A stretch of DNA of 64,000 bases from Oligoflexales bacterium (GCA_045106415.1 JBGCEP010000006.1:1-64000), one strand, 5' to 3'. Shown: positions 1-9,404, numbered from the stretch's first letter. The notes: generated from the letters alone by a model not told the origin. A program made the numbers and translations.

Positions 1-113
1 CTGTGTTTATGGCGGTGAGGAAATACCCGTTCCCATCCCGAACACGGAAGTCAAGCTCACCAGCGGCGATGGTACTGCAGAATTATCTGTGGGAGAGTAG
101 CACGACGCAGCCT
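1..113 (+). rRNA. rrf: 5S ribosomal RNA (5' end clipped by or at the window edge)
   Basis: Conserved 5S motifs CCCGTTCCCATCCCGAACACGGAAGTCAAG, CGATGGTACTG and GGGAGAGTAG. Helix I pairing CTGTGT(1-6)/ACGCAG(105-110). Confidence 0.96.
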
Positions 114-123
114 TACAATATTT

Positions 124-160
124 AAAAGCCCTTTCTGATTCCTCAGGAAGGGCTTTTTTT
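124..160 (+). terminator. Rho-independent terminator of the rRNA operon
   Basis: Stem GCCCTTTCTGA(128-138)/TCAGGAAGGGC(143-153), 4-nt loop, followed by a long T run. Confidence 0.9.
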
Positions 161-586
161 ATTTTTTTTTGAAATTTTTAATATATCAAAACGAGTTTTT
201 TCATGTGTTGTACTTTTGTGTTTAATAACGAGAACCTCTGTTGTTGAGATAAGAAGAATCGAAACAGCAGATCCCCAGCTAAATGCTTTAAAAACTGTAC
301 TGTTGTGGTTTTTCATTTTTTTTTGCAGTCTTTGAGCGAGTTCATTCGTCTCGTCAAGGGTAAGTTGGAATTTTTGAATAAATTTTTCAAGATTCATTTC
401 ATCTTCAAAGATTTCGATTGTAGGCCGTATTCGTTTTTCATCTGAACAACATCGGTAGAGTTTGTCAGATATTTCATCTAGAGCAATCCCTATTTTGGTT
501 TGTGTAAGGTAGGGGTGTAAAATTTTTTTTATCCACTTCGGTGTTGAGTTTAAGATGGAATTTAACTGTGTCTGGCGAACAGTCAT
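143..586 (-). CDS. Hypothetical protein (uncertain, may be a remnant)
   Basis: 147-aa ORF with no recognisable motif; its 3' end runs into the rrf terminator. Confidence 0.3.
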   Translation of the reverse strand: MTVRQTQLNSILNSTPKWIKKILHPYLTQTKIGIALDEISDKLYRCCSDEKRIRPTIEIFEDEMNLEKFIQKFQLTLDETNELAQRLQKKMKNHNSTVFKAFSWGSAVSILLISTTEVLVIKHKSTTHEKTRFDILKISKKNKKSPS

Positions 587-725
587 TTTTTAACCTCTGC
601 AATGTTCTTATATGCTTCTTTGTTATTGATATTATATGAAAATTATCAAGATGGAAATTGACTTCGTATGCCCCCCGGGATATAAGTGTGCCCGCCTGTT
701 TCGTTGAATTCATAAAGGACTTTAG

Positions 726-2069
726 ATGACAAAACAATCAAAATCATGGAGTAGCTGGTTTAGTTTTGTTGTCGTCTCTGTGGGTGCTGCAATTGGTTTA
801 GGGAACCTTTGGAAATTTCCATATATTGTGTGGAAATATGGAGGGGGTGCCTTTGTTGGAGTTTATCTTTTAGCTGTGTGTTGCATTGCTTTTCCCGTAT
901 TAGCTGCAGAGCTTTGCTTAGGCAAAGCAACTCGACAAGATGTTTTTGCGGCTTTCACTTCTTTAAGTCAAGGAAACTGGAAGTGGCGTGCTTTAGGGAT
1001 GATGATAGCAAGTACGCCGTTTATGATTCTTTCATATTATGGAACAGTGACAGGCTGGACCCTATACTACTCTGGGATGAGCGCTGTAGGTTTTTTGGAT
1101 GCTTCAAGTGTTGAAGCTGCAAATCATTTTTTCTTTGAACTTACAAATAATAGTATGTTGCAATTTTCCTTATTTTCCATCGTAATGTTGTTGTCAGGGG
1201 CGATACTGTTTATAGGGCTTAAAGGTCTTGAAAGTTGTGGAAAAATTTTATTACCACTTCTTTTTATCATGATGTTTTTAACGGCTTGTATTGTTTGTTC
1301 CCGTTACGGGGCTTACGACACTGTTATGTTCCTAACGGATTGGAATTTAGAAACATTAAGTTTTATTGGTGTTTTAGAGGCTTTTGGTCATGCGTTTTTA
1401 ACCCTTTCTCTAGGGATGGGCATCACCGTTGCTTATGGTTCTTACCTTGGGGCCGAAACATCTGTTTTTAGAGCTGCTTTAACGATTGCTGCCTTCGATA
1501 CAGTGAGTGCTCTGCTTGCATGTTTTATGATTTTTCCTATTTTATTCGGGACTGATATTGAAGTGAGTGAATCAACTGCCGTGTTGTTTACTTCTTTAGC
1601 TGTTGAGTATGGAAAATTTTCAGGAGGGGAATATTTAACAACGTTTTTCTTTTCCCTGACTTTTGTAGCAGCTTTGACATCTTGTGTGGCTTTACTAGAA
1701 GCTTGTTTGGCCACGTTTGAAGTGGGGTTTCACTGGACACGTTCGAAGAGTATTTGCGTGTCGATAGGTTTGATTTCTGGGATTGGTTGCCTAGGTATCG
1801 TTAGTCAGGGTTATGGCTTTAGGGTTTATGGTAAGTCTATGATGGATACGCTTGATTTTTGGTGTTCAACAATAGCAACTCCTTTAGGTGGAATGGCTGT
1901 GGCATGGTGTTGTGCAACAAAGCTCAAAAAAAGCATAAGAAGAGAGGCCTTGGCCTCACGATCTCATTCTGGTGTATGGTTTATTCCTTTGTGGGAAGGG
2001 TACTTGAAGTACATCTCACCTGTGCTTATTTTTGTTATTATTCTTTCTCAAGTTTATTTGAGTTTATAA
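726..2069 (+). CDS. Sodium-dependent transporter, neurotransmitter:sodium symporter (NSS/SNF) family
   Basis: Signature GAAIGLGNLWKFPY...GGGAF, AELCLG, ILSYY, FLTLSLGMG; about 11 hydrophobic segments. Confidence 0.93.
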   Translation: MTKQSKSWSSWFSFVVVSVGAAIGLGNLWKFPYIVWKYGGGAFVGVYLLAVCCIAFPVLAAELCLGKATRQDVFAAFTSLSQGNWKWRALGMMIASTPFMILSYYGTVTGWTLYYSGMSAVGFLDASSVEAANHFFFELTNNSMLQFSLFSIVMLLSGAILFIGLKGLESCGKILLPLLFIMMFLTACIVCSRYGAYDTVMFLTDWNLETLSFIGVLEAFGHAFLTLSLGMGITVAYGSYLGAETSVFRAALTIAAFDTVSALLACFMIFPILFGTDIEVSESTAVLFTSLAVEYGKFSGGEYLTTFFFSLTFVAALTSCVALLEACLATFEVGFHWTRSKSICVSIGLISGIGCLGIVSQGYGFRVYGKSMMDTLDFWCSTIATPLGGMAVAWCCATKLKKSIRREALASRSHSGVWFIPLWEGYLKYISPVLIFVIILSQVYLSL

Positions 2070-2405
2070 CGAAGTGATTAGGCATCTAATTTTGTAGTGG
2101 TTCTAAAATGAGCCAGTCTATTCTTATTTTAAGCAGATAATGTTTGGAGTGATGCAATAGCTCAATAGCTTCTCTTTGAGCAGGAGCCAAGAAGTTCTGA
2201 TGTGTTGCCTAAGGCAGAGTTTTATTTACGCATTCACAGATACCAAACATTGCTTCAAAATATAGATTTATCAACTTCTTAAAATTCTTAATGCGTCAAT
2301 AAAATAATCTAAACTATATAGCTAGGCGGGTATGCTGCTGATTTTGCAGCTGAGTGTTTATTAAAAAGAATTTAAAGTGATTTCATAGAGATCAAAATGA
2401 GAGTA

Positions 2406-2444
2406 AAACAGAAAGACCACGTTAAAAACGTGGTCTTTCTGTTT
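2406..2444 (-). terminator. Terminator hairpin downstream of rpsU (possibly bidirectional)
   Basis: Perfect 18-bp stem AAACAGAAAGACCACGTT/AACGTGGTCTTTCTGTTT with a 3-nt loop, about 20 nt after the rpsU stop. Confidence 0.8.
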
Positions 2445-2465
2445 ACTAAAAAAGTATGGTGTCGA

Positions 2466-2666
2466 TTAGACGAGACCAAGCTTTCTCATCTGTTTGACGC
2501 GGCGCTTGCGGGCTGCAATTGACTTCTTTTTGAGTCGTACAGATGGTTTCTCGTAATACATATTTTTTTTGAGATCACCAATAATACCGGCTTTTTCAAC
2601 TTGTTTTTTGAAAATTCTAAGTGACTTGTCTATAGGCTCGCCGACTCTAACGATAACTCCTGGCAT
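2466..2666 (-). CDS. rpsU: 30S ribosomal protein S21
   Basis: MPGVIVRVGEPIDKSLRIFKKQVEKAGI...YYEKPS...KKKSIAARKR; AAGGAG Shine-Dalgarno upstream. Confidence 0.97.
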   Translation of the reverse strand: MPGVIVRVGEPIDKSLRIFKKQVEKAGIIGDLKKNMYYEKPSVRLKKKSIAARKRRVKQMRKLGLV

Positions 2667-3143
2667 TCTTTCTCCTTCTTATACTCGAATGTTGCGCCAT
2701 CTTCTTAACCCAGAGGCGCTTTGACCTCAGAGAGAACTCTTTATACCCGAAAGAAAACAGACTGTCTAGTTGTAACTCTTAAATCAATGATAACAATAAA
2801 TAGCTTTAAAAACGAGAAGGGATGTGTGGCTAGTTTTTTCTTTTATTTCCCTTTAATATTAAATGTTTATGTTTTTGTATTAAAAATGGCAAAAGAGTCT
2901 GGTTTGGTCATGGTGTGATTTTTGAATGTTTTTAATGTGAGGCCTTTTATTCATTCTGCTAACTGAGTTTAGGTTGTACCAATGACTGTTGTTTGAAAGC
3001 TGGTGTGGAGTCTTGTCTTGAATCAAGTAGAAAAGGCATGCGTGTTGGTGTTGTTATTCAAAAAACTATGTTTATTAACTATATTGTACATAAAGATGAA
3101 TATCGAATAAAATAACGGGATGCAAGCTTTATAAGAAAGGCAA

Positions 3144-5408
3144 ATGATGAATGATCAGCAACACTTTTTTACTCCTTATGAAAATGAGTTTATAAGACGC
3201 TTGCAACCGATCTTGCCTCAAGAATTTGCACCAGAAGATATGATGTCAGCTATTTTATCTGTGACAGAAGACAGCTTGCAAAAAAATGATCAATACACAC
3301 TTTTCGATGTTGTGTGTCTTAGGAACTTAAAATATAGAATTTATAGAAGTCAGGGCTTACAGCATGATACTCGCGGGGGAGAAGTGATGCTCTCTGCTCG
3401 AGATCAAGCCTTTATTCAGAGGCTTCGAAAGAATTACTTTCCTAATAGTAGTGCGGATCCAGTTGCTTTCTTAAGAGCTATGAATATTTCGAAATTGAGA
3501 TTGATGAGTGGTGTTGGGCTTAAAACAACCACACGTTTGGCTCAGCTACGTAAGATGGTGATGAAAGAAGTTCGAACGCAAATGATGGCTGTGTGCTCAT
3601 CCTTACCTGACTTATCCTCTGTTGAGTTAGAATTGAACCGCAGAGAGAAAAAAGTAATCGAGAGATTGAGAAAGGCAATGTATGGGCCTTATCGCTCGGA
3701 TGCAGAGATGATTATGGCAGCTGGAGAACAGCTCTATGATGAAATTCCCGGTGGGGGGGTGCGGCAAACCGCTATCATTGAGAACCTCCAAGAGCGCATT
3801 ATTACAGAACATTATCGTTCTGATGATCAGATTGAATCTTTGCCTACAGATGATGTTCAACCAGGGGCAAGTTTTTCACAGATAGAAGATTACCTCATTG
3901 GAACTCTTTATAGGATATTTTTTAGTCTTAATCATACGAATCAAGCTATTTTCTCAATGGTGCATGGCTTCGGGACAGCTCGGCAATCACAGAAAAAAAC
4001 TGGTGAAATTATCAATGTCACTGAATCAAGAATATGCCAGTTGCGAACAGGGTTTTTTGATGAATACGCAGAAGGAGATTCTGTTTACGTTAAAAACTCA
4101 TCCTGGATTTCTCATGAATTGATATTTCAAGATATACCTAAAATATTTCCTAGACTTTCTTCTATGTTTCACGACTATCGTGGTTATTATAGTTGTTTAA
4201 GTAGTTTGATTCGTGTGAAGTCAAACTTGTTGCTGACACAAGATGCAAATGAAATGCCTCCTATTCCTGCAACTTTATTTGCTAGAATTTTTTCAGAAAT
4301 GACCGTCCCGTGTGCTGTTGAAGATTTTTACTACGTTTTATCAACACAATTTGGGTTTGATAAGTATCACTTCTGGTTAGCCTTAAATCGTCTAAAACAA
4401 GAAGGTCAACTCCGATGTGATGGAGATCAAATTACATGGGTCCGTTTGGATAAAATGCACAAAATTGAGCAAACAGCTTTGCTTTTTCATGAAGGTGTTT
4501 CAAGCTCAGAACTGGTGACTGCTGCAGGTTTGAAGAGCCCTTGGGTACGATCAGGGCGTGGTGGTGGTGATCGACATATTGTTGAATCAAATTCTAGGCT
4601 ATGCAGACTAAGTGAAGATCAGTTTTGTCATAAAAAATATTTTCATAAACTGCAGAAAAGATCATCTGAATATGACGCTGCCATTCAAAAAGCCCTGGAT
4701 CATAGTGGTCGCCTTTCTGTTGACTCTGAGGAGCTCTATCGGAATTCTCATGTCGCTATGGATCGGTATTTATTTAGGGAATATCTTTGTGATGGTGTTG
4801 CAAAAGGGTATTTAAAAGTTAGTGGTCGTCGTGCACAAGAAGTTTTTCCATACGCTCCGGAGTTTGCCAGCCATCAAGTACTGGCTTATTTGAAAAAATC
4901 TGGGCAACCAATGACAAGAGAGCAAGTTCTAGATCGCTTCCCTTTTCTAGAACGAGTCGATTTGATAGGGGTTTTTCATAACTTACTCGATGAAGGGCAA
5001 CTTGCGAGAGTCTCCCACCGGCAGTTTCAGTATTTTAAAAAAGCATATGCAGATATGAAGGTTGATCATATTAGACCTGTGATCGAATCAGTTGTTAATG
5101 GCTCAGAGTTAGCAATGGAGTCGGACTATTTAAAAGAGATCCTTAATAAAGAATTAAAAAAGAATTATAATAAATACCAATATTATTCTTTAGCAAGAAG
5201 TCTTCAAATTGAAAATGTAGTTGTTGATAAATTTTTGTTTTCGACCAAGAATCTTCCGTGGGATGGTCTTTTAGATGTTGTAGAGTCTGTGAGAGAAGAT
5301 GGGATGAATGCAAATGATATTATTGAAGAAGTGGAAAGCCTTGTAAAGGTGACATCTCATGTTAAAGATAATTTGATTCGATCATATCTTGTGAGACAAG
5401 GTTTTTGA
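3144..5408 (+). CDS. Large putative DNA-binding protein with RNAP alpha-CTD-like repeats and a sigma70 region-4-like HTH
   Basis: Repeats LSARDQAFIQRL...KLRLMSGVGLKT and LNRREKKVIERL...DEIPGGGVRQ. HTH-like SQKKTGEIINVTESRICQL. C-terminal half resembles winged-helix repeats. Confidence 0.55.
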   Translation: MMNDQQHFFTPYENEFIRRLQPILPQEFAPEDMMSAILSVTEDSLQKNDQYTLFDVVCLRNLKYRIYRSQGLQHDTRGGEVMLSARDQAFIQRLRKNYFPNSSADPVAFLRAMNISKLRLMSGVGLKTTTRLAQLRKMVMKEVRTQMMAVCSSLPDLSSVELELNRREKKVIERLRKAMYGPYRSDAEMIMAAGEQLYDEIPGGGVRQTAIIENLQERIITEHYRSDDQIESLPTDDVQPGASFSQIEDYLIGTLYRIFFSLNHTNQAIFSMVHGFGTARQSQKKTGEIINVTESRICQLRTGFFDEYAEGDSVYVKNSSWISHELIFQDIPKIFPRLSSMFHDYRGYYSCLSSLIRVKSNLLLTQDANEMPPIPATLFARIFSEMTVPCAVEDFYYVLSTQFGFDKYHFWLALNRLKQEGQLRCDGDQITWVRLDKMHKIEQTALLFHEGVSSSELVTAAGLKSPWVRSGRGGGDRHIVESNSRLCRLSEDQFCHKKYFHKLQKRSSEYDAAIQKALDHSGRLSVDSEELYRNSHVAMDRYLFREYLCDGVAKGYLKVSGRRAQEVFPYAPEFASHQVLAYLKKSGQPMTREQVLDRFPFLERVDLIGVFHNLLDEGQLARVSHRQFQYFKKAYADMKVDHIRPVIESVVNGSELAMESDYLKEILNKELKKNYNKYQYYSLARSLQIENVVVDKFLFSTKNLPWDGLLDVVESVREDGMNANDIIEEVESLVKVTSHVKDNLIRSYLVRQGF

Positions 5409-5414
5409 TGGTTT

Positions 5415-6470
5415 TTATTGCTCTTTTTGAACATCAATAAGTCCAATATTTATTTTTATTTGTTTTTTATCTCTTAATATTGTGATCTCAACTTTTTTTC
5501 CGATATTTTTCTGATCGAGGATGTGAATGAGATCATCAAAGTTTTTGACAAGCTGGTTGTCGATTGCTGTGATGACATCTCCTAGATGGATCTTCCCTGT
5601 TTGATCTCTGTAAGTTCCTCTTAGCTTTGCAAAATAGGCAGGGGTATTTTTTTGGACCATTTGTATGAGAACACCTTTGATGTTCATACGCTCAGCCACG
5701 TCATGGCCAAAAGCAATGATGCCAATTCCTGGCTGACGAGTTTTTCCATATCTTAAAATTTGATGAACGACCCTATGTATCGTTAGAGATGGAACTGCAA
5801 ATCCAATGCCGACAGAGGCACCGTTTTGGGATAAAATACTTGAATTCATACCGATGACTTCACCTGAAGAGTTTAATAGAGGTCCCCCAGAATTTCCAGG
5901 ATTCATTGCTGCATCGGTTTGAATCATATTGCGAATCGTTAACCCTCCAGGGCCAGGCACGGATCTTCCTAAAGCTGAAATGACACCAACGGTGAGAGTT
6001 TGTTCAAGGCCAAATGGACTTCCAATTGCGATGCTTTTTTGGCCAGGGTAAAGGCGGCCATGGTAGGGTTTGATGGGGTATAGTATTTTAGGCTGTGAAT
6101 TTAACTGTAGAACAGCAATATCTTTATGCTGAGAAGTGCCTAAAATCACAGCTTGATGAGTAGAGCCATCTATAAAGGAAACAAGAAGCTTGTCAGCTCC
6201 AGCCACAACATGAGCATTGGTGATAATGTGACCCTTGTCGTTCCACACAAAACCAGAACCACCACCTTGAGTTACCTCAGTAATACTTTCAGACCACTGA
6301 CCATTTGTTATTTGTTGAATATTACTGATGTTTACAACTGATTTAGACGCGTTGCGAAAAACTTGCATATTGTTTTTTTCGCATGCTTGATAGCCCTGTT
6401 GTGATAGTAGCTGAGTTGAAACAGATAAAAACAGGAAGATGTAGGCTGTAGTTTTTGCTTTTTTTCTCAT
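5415..6470 (-). CDS. Exported HtrA/DegP-family trypsin-like protease with one PDZ domain
   Basis: Signal peptide; ITNAHVV (His), KDIAVL (Asp), QTDAAMNPGNSGGPL (Ser); C-terminal PDZ (GDVITAID). Confidence 0.93.
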   Translation of the reverse strand: MRKKAKTTAYIFLFLSVSTQLLSQQGYQACEKNNMQVFRNASKSVVNISNIQQITNGQWSESITEVTQGGGSGFVWNDKGHIITNAHVVAGADKLLVSFIDGSTHQAVILGTSQHKDIAVLQLNSQPKILYPIKPYHGRLYPGQKSIAIGSPFGLEQTLTVGVISALGRSVPGPGGLTIRNMIQTDAAMNPGNSGGPLLNSSGEVIGMNSSILSQNGASVGIGFAVPSLTIHRVVHQILRYGKTRQPGIGIIAFGHDVAERMNIKGVLIQMVQKNTPAYFAKLRGTYRDQTGKIHLGDVITAIDNQLVKNFDDLIHILDQKNIGKKVEITILRDKKQIKINIGLIDVQKEQ

Positions 6471-6618
6471 AGTGTCTATCCTACTGTAATATATTGATGA
6501 TAGGCATCTATCGAAAATTGCCTATCGTGAATGGTCATGGAATGAAAAAATTACGGTTTTAAAGTACTGTATTTTTATTTGATGAATCTGATGTGGTTTA
6601 TTGCTCGAGGTACTGATG

Positions 6619-6663
6619 TCTTAAGTACCAATGATAGAAAAAAAGTATCATTGATACTTAAGA
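6619..6663. repeat. 18-bp inverted repeat (1 mismatch, 9-nt spacer)
   Basis: TCTTAAGTACCAATGATA ... TATCATTGATACTTAAGA. Confidence 0.85.
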
Positions 6664-6696
6664 GCTATTCTTCTCACTTATGAAGATTCTATGTTG

Positions 6697-6742
6697 GTAT
6701 GCTTATTAAAAATAACATTTATGATTTTTATAATAAGCATAC
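6697..6742. repeat. 12-bp perfect inverted repeat
   Basis: GTATGCTTATTA ... TAATAAGCATAC. Confidence 0.8.
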
Positions 6743-7034
6743 TGAAATTATTTGCAGATAGACAAAAATATTTAAAATTTGAGGGCTAGTAGCATGAACC
6801 TATTTGAGCTTCTAAGTTTTAGAAAGTTGATAATTTTATTCTTCTAAGTGGGATTAAATTTTTTTAAAATTGGATCGCTGTTAATAAAAATATTTTTTAC
6901 GAAGTTGTTTTATGTCGGAGTTATGGCATTGGTAATAGCGTTACAGGAATGAGAGAGCAAATTCATGAAGCTTTTCTTGAATGTTTTTAATATTCGTGAT
7001 TTGATGAGAATTCTCAATTCTTAAGAGGGGTCTT

Positions 7035-8444
7035 ATGAAAACGATAGTGTTTCTTATGAGTATCTACAGTGTACAAGCGTTTGCTGTATCTTCATTTCCT
7101 CCTCATATCAAAAATTTGTTGAAGTGGGAACTGGAATCTAATATCCGTAATGATCCAGAAAAACGTACTCACAGACTTTTTTCTTTGCAGCACTTTGAAA
7201 TCCCACTGCAAACATTAGAACAGTTTGACTATCGTCCTTTGTCTAAAAAAGCACTGGAAAGCTTTGTGATGATAAAAAGAGGGCGCAAATATGTACGCTG
7301 GATCATTAATCCTGAAGATAAGAAATACGCAGATCAATTAGAAAATGTTTTGCGAAGGTTAAACTGTGATACTAGGCGTTATTCTTATTATGTTGGTTAT
7401 TTAACGGCTTCGAGGAGCTTGATGATACAAGACCCTGACTTAGGCCACATTTTTTCAGTGAAAGTTTCAACAGACCATACGGGTGGTTTGTGGCAGAATA
7501 AAGGTGTTAACCGTGTTCAGGTTCAAAAAGCAGTTGGTGTGACTTCTTATTTAGAGGGGATTTTAAAGAAAATAAGCTCTCTACCACATGCTATCATTCT
7601 TCCTGAACCCCTTGGCTGGGTTTTTCATCACCAGGATGTTGAACAAGGAATGGTTATACGTAGTTATGACCGCTTAGATCCTGACTATCAATACCCTCCT
7701 GGTTTTTCAGTCATTCATGAACAAACAGGTGTTGACCTTGCTCAATCTCATAATCCTCATCAATACTGGAAAAAGCACTACGCAGGTGCCCTAGGGACTG
7801 CGATGGCTGAATTTATAGCATCCACAGGTTTAAGCTACAAATCAGCGCATTCGCAGCAGTTTTTAGTTGAGCTTGATCAGCACTCAAAACCGACAGGCCG
7901 AATTGTTATGCGAGACTTTAATGATAGTGTTGCTCTCAAGCCCCTTTTGAATCAGAGTGATTCAGGGCAAACTCTTTTAGACATGTGGTTACGTAAATAT
8001 CAAGAAAACCGGTTGTATGTACGATTTGGGATTTTTCACTCATCGAAAGAGAAAAGGTTTTTGGTTAAAAATATTTATAAGCCTTCTTGGACAGTGTCGA
8101 GCGATTCAGGTGAGTTTACTACGAAGTCGAGCTCATCTATTAAAAAGGGGCGTGTAGCTTGGAAAAATCATTTTGTTCAATCATTCGAAGAACGATTTTC
8201 CTTTTTGACGCAGATTGATATTCAAGAATTAACAAAATCTTTGAAAACTATGGGTGGTGTTTCTACGCATGCTGTACGGCGCTATAATATTACATCATCA
8301 ATTTTATCGAGAAAGCCTTCGATTTTATGGCGACGGCATGCTTCTGTTATGCAGTGCTTACAGTCGAGGACAAGGTCTTTAAGTTATGCAAATATGAATT
8401 GTGATATAAAAATAAACCATTTTTTGGGTAGGTTATATCCGTAA
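7035..8444 (+). CDS. Exported protein with IucA/IucC (NIS synthetase)-like motifs
   Basis: Signal peptide MKTIVFLMSIYSVQAFA. Motifs in NIS order: TASRS...SVKVS, IILPE, GMVIR, AHSQQFLVEL, IVMRDFND. Confidence 0.5.
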   Translation: MKTIVFLMSIYSVQAFAVSSFPPHIKNLLKWELESNIRNDPEKRTHRLFSLQHFEIPLQTLEQFDYRPLSKKALESFVMIKRGRKYVRWIINPEDKKYADQLENVLRRLNCDTRRYSYYVGYLTASRSLMIQDPDLGHIFSVKVSTDHTGGLWQNKGVNRVQVQKAVGVTSYLEGILKKISSLPHAIILPEPLGWVFHHQDVEQGMVIRSYDRLDPDYQYPPGFSVIHEQTGVDLAQSHNPHQYWKKHYAGALGTAMAEFIASTGLSYKSAHSQQFLVELDQHSKPTGRIVMRDFNDSVALKPLLNQSDSGQTLLDMWLRKYQENRLYVRFGIFHSSKEKRFLVKNIYKPSWTVSSDSGEFTTKSSSSIKKGRVAWKNHFVQSFEERFSFLTQIDIQELTKSLKTMGGVSTHAVRRYNITSSILSRKPSILWRRHASVMQCLQSRTRSLSYANMNCDIKINHFLGRLYP

Positions 8445-8478
8445 ATGAAGTCATTTGATTTCATTTGAAAAATTCTTC

Positions 8479-8505
8479 TTAATTTCTTTTTTTTAACGCC
8501 GATCA
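8479..8505 (+). promoter_or_regulatory. Putative sigma28 (FliA)-type promoter of the gasdermin-like gene
   Basis: TTAATTTC-N11-GCCGATCA, 30 nt upstream of ATG 8536; consensus is TAAAGTTT-N11-GCCGATAA. The -35 match is weak. Confidence 0.5.
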
Positions 8506-8535
8506 CTCCTCCTAAGGTTTAGAGGAGTGAGTGAT

Positions 8536-9396
8536 ATGATATTTACAAGAATTATGGCTTTTGTTTTTTTACTTCTTTCTTGTGGGAGCCCAGAAAAAGA
8601 GTTTGAAAAACAACTAAAAAAATTAGGCTATATTCCTTATTCGACTCCACTGCAACATGCAGGCACAGGGACTTTAGTGGGTGGACAACCTTCTCGTTTA
8701 TCTTTAGTGGCACCACCGGAGAGTTGTTTTCCCCGTTTTGATAATGATGATGCTGGTAAGTTAAGGCGTGATGATCCAACGATTCTTCCTGAAATTATGC
8801 GTGAAGTGAATATCGGAGCCAGTGCAAAAGCAGATTTTTTTGCGCAGTTAGCTGCTGGGATGCCCTCTATTCGTGCAGGATTTCATAGCAAATCTATTAA
8901 AAAAATTCATTTAAGGTTTGAAGGAGCAAGAGTTGAGTATTTTGATAGTTTAAGGCTGACTGAGTTTTATCGAAATGGAATGACAGATTTATGTAAAGAC
9001 TATCTAGAAAGAGTCGGATTTATGATCCAAGCTTTACGTGTTGAAAAGATGATTTTTACCTTTTATAAGAAAAAAACTGGGAAAGTAAATCTAGATGTTG
9101 AAGGTATTGAAAGTTTTCTTGATATTGGGTCAAATGTTGATTGGAGAATTGAAGAAGGAAGCTCTTTAATCATTACAACACCCAAATATATTGGCTACCA
9201 GCTAGGGCGTTTAAGAAGAAAAGATAATGGATTTGTTTTCAAAAGATCTACACGAATAAAGAAAGATAAATTTGTATGGAAAAAAGAACGAATTTTTAAT
9301 CCAGGCTTTAAGACGTTTCAATCTTATTTCGACTACGAGCCTTCTGGTGAAGAAAGGTTTTATTTTCCGATAGAAGAAACTTTGAAAATACGCTAA
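8536..9396 (+). CDS. Gasdermin-like lipoprotein (bacterial gasdermin motifs behind a lipoprotein signal peptide)
   Basis: SD AGAGGAG then ATG 8536. Signal MIFTRIMAFVFLLLS-C. Mature 271 aa with LKKLGYIPYSTP, two amphipathic hairpin regions, FMIQALRVEKMIFTF and TPKYIGYQLGRL in the order recalled for bacterial gasdermins. Confidence 0.7.
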   Translation: MIFTRIMAFVFLLLSCGSPEKEFEKQLKKLGYIPYSTPLQHAGTGTLVGGQPSRLSLVAPPESCFPRFDNDDAGKLRRDDPTILPEIMREVNIGASAKADFFAQLAAGMPSIRAGFHSKSIKKIHLRFEGARVEYFDSLRLTEFYRNGMTDLCKDYLERVGFMIQALRVEKMIFTFYKKKTGKVNLDVEGIESFLDIGSNVDWRIEEGSSLIITTPKYIGYQLGRLRRKDNGFVFKRSTRIKKDKFVWKKERIFNPGFKTFQSYFDYEPSGEERFYFPIEETLKIR

Positions 9397-9404
9397 GCCT
9401 ATTG

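Noticed and set aside
2070..2400. Possible pseudogene or sRNA between the NSS transporter and rpsU
   Set aside because: A stop-interrupted minus-strand frame exists but shows no recognisable motif or stable structure.
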